DNA of 63,641 nucleotides, counting the filler, from Platydemus manokwari (Eukaryota), in assembly GCA_037951405.1 (NCBI GenBank). It is 6 parts of 6 records of this genome, joined end to end, with 100 filler letters (N's around TTAATTAATTAA, not from the genome) between each part and the next. Parts side by side here need not be neighbours in the genome. Positions count along the whole stretch, not along the records: positions 10,757 to 20,257 come from JBBMOY011239986.1; positions 20,358 to 31,480 come from JBBMOY010897754.1; 4 more parts are not named here. One strand, written 5' to 3'. Under the pieces are notes generated by a model, which did no database searches, was not told the DNA's origin, and saw only the letters and a list, made by a program, of their open reading frames with translations. The number at the start of each line of letters is the position of its first letter. Positions within the stretch are counted from its first letter, which is position 1. Position numbers and translations under genes: made by a program. Of the stretch, positions 13,901-25,558 are shown piece after piece.

Positions 13901-16900
13901 TTATTAATGTAAGTCGGGCAACATCCTAGGAAATTAACTAACTGCTTAGGACCAATAATCGTATCGTTTCCCTGTCTCAGTGGGATTTCCATCAATTCAC
14001 CATTTTCATTAATTATTGGACCCTTATTGACTTGCATCTGGACGGGTATTATAATTGATTCAGTGACGGCCGATTGATTTTTTATAACCGTGAAAGACGA
14101 TCGGCATGTCAAAGAATCCAAATTATATAACTGGACAACTTTTGAAGTATCGATGTTGGATATTTCTGAAACTATAGAAACGGAGTTAATAAAATAAATA
14201 ACTAGAGACTTCAAAGAGTAGATTCCAAAAATAAATATTTAATTTTAGAAGACTCTGCTAATGTTCTAATAATAAAACTATACAAGAAACGGTGTTCAAC
14301 TTTTTCACAATGAATATGATTAATATACGGAGTTATTAACGTATTATTTTCTCATTAATTGAGAGAAGAAAACCTTTTTTATAATATTTCATACTAAGGT
14401 CTCCATTATCCAAAACTAATGAGGTAATAAAATTATATAAAGAGTCTTATTTTCGGGGGTCATACTAAGTCAGTTGTTAAGACCCATCTTATAATTGATC
14501 TCACTCATTTAGTAACCCTTATCACTAGTTATCTAATGATTCTCATAATTGCAAAAATAACTTAAATTGTGAAGTGTTTCATACATATTGATAAACTGAT
14601 TTATCATTTTATAAATTACAACAAATTCCAACTACCAACCGATAACCTTCAGCTTTATCTGTTCTCTGATGATTTCGTGCTTCGAAGTGACACCTTTGCA
14701 TTGATAAGTAACATCAACGTTCTTTTTTAAAGTTTTTGGAATTATCATTCGAATTCTTAACTGGTCTACTTTTTGAATATCCATTCGAGTATCCGGTAAA
14801 CAGTCCAGACAAATCAAAATTATATCATCAATGTTGGTACCATTACAATCAATGGTAAATCCCTCCAACTGGTACTCCGTAATCCACAATGGATGAACCG
14901 GAACGAATTTAACTTCCGGTCGGTCTGTAAAATGAAAATTCAGATGAAAACAATTGAAATTCAAAAACTTAATCACCTCCCGAATAAATAATTGCCGGAG
15001 TAGTGAGTCTATCGTTAACCAAACAAAATGCAAACATTCTATAATTTGAATACTTTTTCGTGAATATCAAAACACCACTAGTTGCATTATCGAACTTAGT
15101 ATCATTATAATTTGCCATTTGCGATTTTGGATAAGCATAGAGAATTCCATAAAGAATATATATAGGAATAACTGGAACGGGTGCTCCGGTCGCAGTTACG
15201 TAATATGAAGTGTTACATTTAATTACAGCACCAGGCAGAAAATCATAAACATTTATTTCTTTATCACTATTGACGAATTGAAGTTTAGTATAATACAATC
15301 CTAGATTAATAATATCAACAGGAATATCAAACCAATTCCAAAAGTACCCCCAATAAAAATCTTCACTTTCAACACTAAATGAAACGAATCGCTAACTGTT
15401 GATTTGTACACTCCAAAATAACATATCAACCCAAGTGATCCACTTGGTTTCGAAATCAAATTCTCCGGTATTTGGTAAACGGTTACATTCAGACTTAAGA
15501 ATAATACATTCTTAATAATAAGAATTATAAAATATCAGTAAAATATCATTAAATAAATTAAACATTTAATATTGATAGGTTCACAGGCACTCTTGAGAAT
15601 TATTTGAAAGACAAACAATAGACTTAATGAGCAAAAATATTCTTCATTGGAAAACGCAAAATAGCTGTATTAAGAAAAGTAAAGTCATACACAGTCGAAC
15701 TGTGAAAATTAACAGTCTATCTATATTATACCTAAATATCTATGATTATTTGCAGACAATTATATATATATATATAAACATCTAGAAATAATTATTATCA
15801 CCAATTCTCGTATTTCTACTGAGACTTTTTCGTAGTTTTTGAGATATTATTAGAGAAATATCACGAAAATAATCAAGGTTTGCATTTTTCAAAGAGTATG
15901 AAGTTGAAATATTAACAACGCGTTGAAATTATGTGTAACAAACAACAGAAAAAATTGGATTTGGTATTACTTATGAATTTGAAAACGTTTAATTTTAATC
16001 TAAATGGTTTGTTTTAGTAAAATGGCTTGTCTGCAAGAAAAAAGTGTTTTAGTAATGTTATAAATGTTTTTGAGTTACCGTATTTGTTTAGATTTGATCA
16101 GTTTTAAAGTTCGGTATTTATCTCATTAAATAAACTTGACAAAGATCAGGTGACATCGGAAATATGGATGAAATCGATATGCATGGAAATGAAATTTTTA
16201 AACAAAACGATTGTTTATTCAATAGCTCTGGTGAGTCAGATCCTAGGAACCGAATAAATTATTATAAAATTTATGAAACATTGGAAAGATTATATCAATA
16301 GTATAAGAGAAAGGTGGGAAAGAGAGCGATTATAGATCAGGATAAATATTGTGAAGTACCACTTATACAAAGATTAAACCCATTTCTGGGTTAGAGTTGA
16401 TATTTTGTATTTATGTTATATCAAGAAGTCGGATCTGGAGCTCTCTGGGAAACAATTTTTGATACTGAGTCTGATTTATTTGGTCATGTTTAAAAAGTTT
16501 AAATTATTAATACCGATGATGAAAATTTACACGTCTCTGGCAGATTGGCGTTAACTCCTACCATTTATTTGATATTTTAATTTCTTTATGACATTTAACC
16601 GAGGAAATATGATAATAAATTTTTAAAATATCCATTTCATTTTGTCTCTCTGATACAATAGTCCTGGAAATAATCATTTTTTTTCTAAAATTTATCAATC
16701 TTATTCTTCATTATAAACGAATCATATTGGTATTTCTAAATGTTCAGGTTCCTTGATAATTCATCTTAGTGGTAACGGCACAAAATGCTTCAAAATACAT
16801 TTCACATTCTTTAATGATAGATTATATAGGCCAAAAGAAAATCTATGGATCTATGGAAGCACGTATAGTTGAGATTACCAATTTGTTTTCGACTTAAACA

Positions 16901-19632
16901 TAAAACTATCAGAAAATGAAAATTTTTTCATTATAAAACAACATCAGATTCTTTTTTGTAAAACATTATTAATAATTTTCCAGAGACTCCGTTGGATTTT
17001 TAAATGAAAACTTATACTTAACACTTTCTGACAAAGTTTCGACTTGCCTAGCCGTTGGGCTTACCATAAATATCAATGATACTAAATATTTTATAAGGAA
17101 TACCTTGATCTTATGTGTATTATATAACCTGATTGATCGAGATCAACGAGATTTATGAAAACTACCGGTGGTGCACCGGTGATATTTGAAGAAACAGAAT
17201 TAGACCCATTTACTTGGCATGACACCTTTTCACCGGCATCATAGTTATGCAATGGATTCCGTTTTTTTCCTTCGGTAAATGAGGCTATCTTACCTTCGAT
17301 GGTTTCTATAATTACATAATTAAAAAAGTATATCAAATAAGATGAAACAAAATACCAGCTATATAGAACTTTAAATCTCTAGACTCCAGACTACCCGATG
17401 AGCAGGTTGCTACTACGTGTTTAGACAAGTCTTCGTTTTTCGATATATCTGTTTTGATTATTAGATTATTGCCTACAGCTTTCGCAATTGCAGGATTAGT
17501 AATTTTCGACCAGCTAGGAACTGTGGGCTTGCAGTTAGCCACACAGACTATCACTTGAGTTGGAAAGAAAAGTAATGAAGTAAGATTGGGATAGTGACCC
17601 ATTCCATCAAAACCAACAATCTGTAAGCGATGTGCATCTAAAATCGAATAGATAATTATGATATTATTTTAAGTGATATTTTAAAATGATATTTAAAATG
17701 TATGTGAAGATTTATATTGTTTATAAATTATTCTGTTTCACGATTGAATTGAGCATATTCTCGATTAAAATTATACCAATCTACAAAGAACAACTTTGTA
17801 TATCCTTTCAATTTAGCAACATTCCCGCGTATGCCATTCACCATGGTGACATTCAGATGTTTACGAATATTTTCTAACATTTACTTGTAAATTACTATCA
17901 AAGAAAAAATATTTAAAATTTCAATATTAACTCTCATTAGGAAATTCTTGTTCATAGATACCGCAACCAACGACATAGATTTCATCGAATTTTATTGTAG
18001 GTTTTGATATGAATTTAAGCATTTTGAATGAAGTACATGGATAGTCAGGATCCTTATTTATCCATCCTGCTAATATCAGACATGAAACAGTCTTAATTGG
18101 ATTGTCATGAAGTATAGAAACCACTTTGATGATTATAGAATGAGTATCATTTCTAACTATACAATGGCTGTACGTTGTGGATTCTTTCAACGTTAATTGT
18201 GGAGTACTACAAGCCGCATCTAAACAGAGTTGAATATGAAAAGCACTGCTCACACCACGAACTAGAAAAAATAAATTGTTTATTAAATGGTTTTATAGTT
18301 TAAAATAATTTTATATTCATATAAAATACCTAAAAATTGTAATTTCTAATTTTTCAATTTATCGACAAAAAAAATTTGACTGAGTTTCATAATTACAAGT
18401 ATTATGAAATGTATAAAATGTTCAGATAAAATGCCAAAATAGTCTTTGAATTCAATTTGAATTATATTTAGAAGATAAATGATTTCTGATTGGAAAAGTG
18501 GTGATTGATATGGACAAAGATTGTAATAAAGTTTTGAAAGGCTTAATGATTTGATAGTTCTCCCTCGAAATGAATCAATAAATATTTACCACTTTTAGGC
18601 GTCAAATGTTTTCGAGACGGTAACAATTGCTATGAATAGAATGATTCTTACGATTTTCAAAGATGGGTCAGATCGCAAGGGTCATTGTATGCCTCATCGA
18701 CTAATAACTAATAAATAGAAACTTACGATGTGAAAAGCAGAAATAGTTTGTTTAAATATATTGGTTCAAAATATATCTGATGTCGAGTAGTAGCAGACAG
18801 CAATAATTAATATTCTTTTTGGATTAATTTAAGAAAAGGGGTCTTTGATTGTTGTCTAGTAATAATGAATTTTCGCGCATGAGGTAATATATAATTTATT
18901 TTTATATAAAATCAAAATGAATAATTTTTTCGTCACACATTTTAGGATGTCTAATAAGGACAAAATATAGTTTTTAAACTAAGTTCCTATTCTAATTAAA
19001 ACCCTTCTACATAATTTTTTGATTTTGTAAAGTTTAACTCATGATAGGTTTAATAGTCTAACATTACTTGATTTTGTCAAATAATTGTAAAAGTTAAAAC
19101 TATTTCTCAATTCGTTTATAATTTTAAACAAATTTCAAAGAATTACAATTTGACCTAATTTGATCATTTTTTCAAATAATCAAATTTTAGGATATTTCGA
19201 ACCTCTGGTGTATTTAATATTTGATTTCAAACCACTAAATTTCTTTTTAAATACTTATATAAAAAATTCAAAATGTTTTTTAAATAATATAATTAAATAA
19301 ACTACACAGATTTTTACAAAACGCTCAACAAATTAAAAATTTTATTTTTATATATCTTTTCTGAATATTAGCCTACTTTTTTATTTTCTTATATTTTAAT
19401 AAACAAATAATAACATTTTTAATCATCATAAACAAGAAAATTTTCTATGATAATATTAAATTCGCAACTTAGAATTTTGACATCAATTTTTAATTTCAAG
19501 TCTTTAAAATATCAAAAGGAAAAAATGATCATGAATAATCATACCATAATCTGGATTGATGTCACAAGCCAAGATAGAATGTCTCAATAATAATTGTTCC
19601 AAAATGTAGATAATTAACAAACTAACGAGCAT
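10956..19632 (-). CDS. Multi-Ig-like-domain type I transmembrane protein (10 exons, ~1,015-1,025 aa)
   Basis: Manual GT-AG splice model with consistent phases. Exons: 19632-19545 (MLVSLLIIYILEQLLLRHSILA, signal-peptide-like; in-frame stop upstream), 18261-17932 (alternative donor giving end 17962), 17637-17356, 17305-17104, 15493-15348, 15300-14977, 14924-14640, 14171-13857, 12376-12056, 11737-10956. Repeated B-strand-like motif (FFPTQVIVC, YDAGEKVSC, FLPGAVIKC, YPGNVLKC, FLVGDIITC). Canonical last domain LRC..FPPATITW...SGNYVVQCEARN. Hydrophobic stretch FYFCVPLLTFFYVVFSVLSLALIF, then a ~49 aa tail. Confidence 0.82.
18837..19297 (+). repeat. Dispersed AT-rich repeat, copy 1 (intron 1 of the Ig-like gene)
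   Basis: Colinear similarity to 63141-63641; shared blocks include ATGAATTTTCGCG, AAGTTCCTATTCTAAT, TTTTCAAATAATCAAATTTT and AAAAAATTCAAAATGTTTTT. Confidence 0.8.
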
Positions 19633-20087
19633 AAACTTAGCAGGTTAATATTTAAAAATACCATGAATTAGAAATCCATAAATCAATTTCTATAGAAAAA
19701 TTTTATATTTTTCATAATAATTTATTTTACTTTTTAATTAAAATTTGAAGTAGAATTTTCATTGAAAATATTTACGAATAACATAAAAAAAACATTTTAA
19801 AAATAAAAATACTTTATTTAATTATAGTTATCGTTGAAGAATTATGGTTTGTATATTTTTAAAATGTTCTATATAAATATATTGGTTTAACATTTTAGTT
19901 CCACAGAAATAATAGTTCAATAATTTTGATGTTTCTAACAATATTCAGATAAAGAATTGATATTATTTTAACACATCTATGTTTTCAAATCTGTAGTCAA
20001 CTTAAACAAACGAGAATCAGATATGATTATATTATGGAATGCAGAATAAAACTGGCCTTGAAGACAATATAAAATTTTAATATATTA

Positions 20088-20257
20088 CTGTAAAATCCCG
20101 AGTATAAGCTGCAGCGCGTATTAGCTGCAGATGAAATTTTAAAAAAATGTATTTTTTAGTCGTATAAACTATTGAAGAAATTGAAATTGAAGAAAATGAA
20201 ATGAATGTGAACGAGTCTGATCCAAACATTGTAGAATTACTAGAAAATTTCACTTTT
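20088..20257 (+). mobile_element. Possible pogo/Tc2-like deleted DNA transposon end
   Basis: TA followed by CTGTAAAATCCCGAGTATAAGCTGCA resembles pogo/Tc2-type TIRs; an acidic reading (EEIEIEENEMNVNESD) follows. The second TIR is not seen because the contig ends. Confidence 0.3.
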
Positions 20258-20357
20258 NNNNNNNNNNNNNNNNNNNNNNNNNNNNNNNNNNNNNNNNNNN
20301 NTTAATTAATTAANNNNNNNNNNNNNNNNNNNNNNNNNNNNNNNNNNNNNNNNNNNN
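20258..20357. other. Artificial contig linker
   Basis: N44-TTAATTAATTAA-N44. Confidence 0.97.
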
Positions 20358-23300
20358 AATAATCTATATAGATTTTTGCAATACACTCCACAATTTTAAA
20401 ATTTTATTTTAGGACCCTTTTTTTAACTTTAGCCGAAATATCCTTAACTATACAAATCAAAAATAGCATTTTTAATAAATATTCAAACTAGTAATTTAAA
20501 ACAAACTCCTGGTTATTTGTTATTTTATATTTAATAATTTTTGATATTATATTATGTTTTGATTAACCAATTATATTATTTTGTATTATTTATTATCGAT
20601 TTTGATTTTATATTTTATAGTGCAGTATTAATTATATCGTGACTGCATCTAGTGGAGTCAGATTTTTAAATAAAAAACAATCGCCTATCAACGAATTTTA
20701 AATCATAAAAACTTATTAATTTTCAAATATTTATTACGTTCCTTTAGCTTCATAAATCTATTGTAAAATCATACAACCCACGAAAACATAACAATATTAA
20801 TAATGCCTGAATAATGCTGGAAAAATAAGGTAAATGGTGAGAAAGATTTGATTAGAAAGAAACGTCAGGGGTGTTTTGAGTGGAAAAATGCCATGGATAT
20901 TTCTGAAAATCTGTGATGTCATCATATGAATTGTATCTCTCATAATGAACCGGAAATTCGTGAATGAATTACCTTTGGAAGTTTTCAAATTTAAATTCAA
21001 ATATCGCTGACAATTTATTGAAATGAATTAAAAAATTAAAGAATTGAAAATCAACACAATTTGTTTCATTTGAATGAAAATATTTATCAACAAGAAAAAT
21101 GAGAGCAACCATTTCATTGGATATGGTTAACATTATCAGAATTCAAATGACTGATGAACCAATTATTAAGAATAACTCTCTATTTCTATCGCAGATTAAC
21201 AGCTGTTAGTCTGGTTGCTAAGACAGGAATTTTTAATCTCAGAAAATATGTACATTGTAAGCTGATATTCAATTTCATATAAGTTCACTCAGCTTGACAC
21301 CCCGCCGCTTGATCCAATTGAGAATTTATCTGAAAATCTGATTGGTTAAATTCAAATATTGTACTTCCATCGTTTAAATCAAATAATGTAATGTCATACA
21401 AGGCATCCCATAGAATATAATGGGGAGATTTTTTATTGGATTATAAATTGAATTTAATTATCTTATACATAATCGATTACTTTCATTTGATATTCATATT
21501 TTCTTTGATGGCCAACTGATATTTCACCGCAAATTTAAAGACTACTGAAACGGGTTCAAGGCTTTGATTTAATAATAAAAATATCATTATCTGAAATACA
21601 ATAACAAATCCTGGTGCAGAAAATACATCTTAATATTGATAATAAAAATAAATCCATTGATTTTTAGTTTTTACTAAAACCAATTTGATTTTTCAATGGG
21701 GAAATTTTCAAATAAGTTTACATCATATGTAATTGGTTTGCTCAAATTATTTGTATTTTATCGTATATAAATGTGATAATTATTGGTGATTATCGATCGA
21801 TTTGGAAATATTTGGTTTGGGAATTAAAATATAATTGATTTGCAATCTATTAAATATCGAGATTGAAACATTTATAAAACGAATCAAGAAAGATTATTTT
21901 AAATATTTATGATTGCGAATCAGGGATTGGACAATTGCAGCAGACCAATAAAATCATCGATATCGAATAGGCCTCCCAATCCTCCATACCATAATTTACT
22001 CTCTTATCGATTCAAATCTTCATCCATTTCACTCAGCTATATTTCAATTTACCGCATGGATGTTGGTAAATATTGTTACTGCATTTGGAATCCATGTTAA
22101 CGTGCCATTTAAAAATATTTTAGTGAAGGCTCTGAAACAAACGCAAATACAAATACTATTAACACTTGTAAATAACGAAAGTGATTCAAGAAAAATATGG
22201 CTCCATCATTGATGAGCATAAGGAACAAAATTTTTATGAAAAATCAGACAGATATAATTGGATATTAATTCCCAGAAATAAATCAAATAAATAATTTAAA
22301 ATAATATTTTGAAAAATAAACTAAAAATAAATGGTGCTCAATAAATTAAAACAATTTTAATCAAAATAAAACAAATTAACAAAATAATTTTTATTTTAAA
22401 TCAACACTTAATCAACACACATTCCATGAATAGACATGATACCATATGATTTGTGACACTTATATTATGCTTATGTATACGATCGAGTCGTAGAGATTGA
22501 TTATTAATTAACGCGGTGTATACATATGAGGAAATTTTAAGATTTCCTGACAATTTTCTATTTGGGATTAAAATTGTAATTCATCAGTCTTTGTATTGAT
22601 TTAAAAATAAATTTTCAAAGAAATTGATAAAATTATAAAATTTTGTTTACAATTACCAATCGATAGACATAGATAATTGATTGGATGAAATAATTTAATA
22701 AAATATGAACACATTTCAGTCTCTACCTAAAATTTTACTTTTTAACTTTTAATAAAATTAATTATATCAATATCATTGATTTGACTTGAAAAAATCTAAA
22801 AAAAAATTATTTTGATAATCTTGAATTTTTTTAATATGAAAATTTAAGTAACATTAAAACAATTTATTAGAATTATTGTAATCCAATAAAATAACAGAAA
22901 TTAATAAAATTTCTCAAATAATTCAAAATATCTATTCAGCTCAGTTGATTTGTTAAAGAAGCTTAAATCTGAAATATAGATTTATCTCAAATAAAAATTT
23001 GAAATATTTTTTCTTTAAAAATTTATTTTTTAAAAATTTTCCCAAAAATCATTATTGTTATTATTATTTGAATTCGTTTTGCCAGTGCTTATTGAATATT
23101 CATTACCGGTTATTTATATTTTATAATATTAACCCCTTATGAAAAATAAACTTTAGAATTTTATTCTTTTGTTTGGAAATAGTCCTGGACAATTATATTC
23201 TTCACATGATAAATTGTGAACATTATGAGAAGAATGAAGTAAATCAAAAATAAGAAAATAACAACGAGAGAGTTATATCACCAAAGAAAATCTGATAAAA

Positions 23301-24804
23301 AGTAAAAAATGAAATGGAGGATGAAACAAAAAATTACAAGCACTTGCGGATTATATAAAAATGAAAAACTGCAAAAAGGAAATAGAAGAATTTAATCAGA
23401 AGGAAAAAGAGAAATGGAAAATTAAATATTATTTACAGGCATTGAAACCCGGGCATTAGAGAAAATGAAAGAACACATGAACATTCATGAAAGCATCGAT
23501 TTGATGAACATAGAGTTTACTTATTTATGATAGGAAGTAAAATATCAAATAAGTGGAGCAATCATTTTTAGATGAAAAGGAATAATTACTATATATAGAT
23601 CACTCAGAATGCTGCAGTTAATTACAAATTTAATGGATAACAAAATCAACAAAATAACTGAGCGAGAAGAAGAAACAGAAATAATCAAAGAATAATGCGA
23701 AGAGGAAATGAATAATCATCCAGAATAGGCTAAATTAATAGAATCAACTTTAGAACATATGCTAGAAATTTGGAGCAGAAATGTCATCAAAGGAGAAACA
23801 GAAAACAGAAAGTAAATGTCTAAATATTTAATAATAGTGCAGGCATTATTGATGATGAATTCAATAAGATTTATAAGGGAAGTAGAAGCCGGAATAAGGG
23901 AATACAATTGCAAGAATTCGCAATGAAAACGAAATTTGAAGCTGCAATGTGACATTGATATGTACACTGACATAATAATAGCAGTGGCGTTAATAGTGAT
24001 ATGTGGAATGATACACACTCAAATAAGAAGAATTTCAAGAATAGCAACGTTAGTAATCACTTTGATAGATCTGCCTCGTACAATGTCATATGTAAGTCCC
24101 ATAATTGTGTTTAATTTCAGTGATAAGAAAGGGAAAATTGCGAAAAATTTTTGACAGCAAAATCAATAAAGGAATTTAATACCTGAGGTCAACAGTCCCG
24201 AAAATTTCCTGACGAAAAATAAGTCGAAATTATAAGAAATTATTAAATATATTTAGCCCGATTTATGTGATTATAAGCCAATAGGCAATCTGTGATATAT
24301 AATCTTAGTGATCAACTTATTTTTCTTTTAGAATCAGATCAATAAGTAGAGAGTATTGTTATGCTCTACATCAGGTAGACCCAACATAAATTGAAATGTT
24401 GCATCACAACAAAATTTAATGTCACTTTATTGTTATTTGCCTATGCATTCCGTGTTGTTGTCAAAGAATACTTTTGCGATTTTTGTTGAGGTTTTAAGTA
24501 TTGCCAAAATAAACTGTTCTCGAGTTTGTCTTTCTCTATTCTTGCTTGAAAGTACTTGTGTAAACTACGGCTAATTTCGAAATATTGCTAAAATTTTGTT
24601 TCGTAGACTACAATCATCTTTAATTGCTCACTTACCATTGGTGATTAAACTAGATAAACAGCACTTTTAATATTGACTTTCTGTTTTATTGGTTCATCAG
24701 TGATGTATTATTATTATTATTTAACATTCAAACAAACGATGTGATAACAATTTAATATTTATTTGTAAGCAATTGCCTTTGGAATTACAAGTTATAATTC
24801 TTCT

Positions 24805-25558
24805 TGTTAGCTGCTGACACTTCTTCATTTTTTTATGTTTAATTCAAAAGACATAATTTCACCGCACAAAATAATATATTTTTAAAATTATAGCAGCCCC
24901 TAATATCCACCTTTCTATCCGGAGGCTTGGGTTTTCGTTGTCCATTCGTGGTCCATTCCTCTGCTCCTACCATGTTTACTTTTCTTTCTTTATCTCGTAC
25001 TTCATCTAGCTTTTTTATGGTTTGTTATTTGATCCACTTCCTCAATGTCCCTCATCTTAATTTCCTTCTCTAACTCCACATCATACACAATCCACCAAGA
25101 CGAAAGCAGTTAGCTCCTCTTTAGTTATGTTGTGAGACAATATTTATTTCACTAGTTTATCGACCTTTTTAAAATACACGTCTGCCGGAGCGGCCTTCTT
25201 TCTAAACCTTAGGGCCTCCATCCAATCCTGAGCGAATGATTTCTTTTGGCCAAACGTCTTCCTCAGTCTGTCTTCGTACCCCATTTTGGAGTCTGTCGCC
25301 TCAAATTGCTCTACTATCCCCTCATCCAATCGTACTAATACAATAGCGTATTGGACGTGCTTTGAGATTTTCCTAGCCTCGAAATATCGATTACACTTTT
25401 TAATAAAGTGTTCGACATTATCACCCATTTTGAACCTAAGATCGCATCCACGTGCGTGGTTGCCATGTTAGTTGCTAACACTTCTTCATTTTTCATGTTT
25501 AATTCAGAAGACATAATTTTACCGCACAAAATAATAAAAAATAATATTATTTTCAGCA
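24805..25558 (-). mobile_element. Miniature LTR retrotransposon (TRIM-like or internally deleted Gypsy), 754 bp, with gag remnant
   Basis: Direct repeats 25466-25558 (93 bp) and 24805-24895 (91 bp), both TG...CA on the minus strand. PBS-like TGGCAACCAC immediately after the 5' LTR; purine-rich GGATATTAGGGGC before the 3' LTR. Perfect 4-bp TSD TTCT at 24801-24804 and 25559-25562. Internal gag-like ORF 25144-25428 (GDNVEHFIKKCNRYFE). Confidence 0.85.

Noticed and set aside
17000-17103. Extra exon or programmed frameshift after exon 4 of the Ig-like gene
   Set aside because: Would need a 22-nt intron; the phase-2 donor at 17103 joins cleanly to the acceptor at 15494 and completes the domain.
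22055-22098. Possible miRNA hairpin (CATGGAT...ATCCATG)
   Set aside because: Only ~44 nt with a short outer stem and poorly paired interior; no recognisable mature miRNA.
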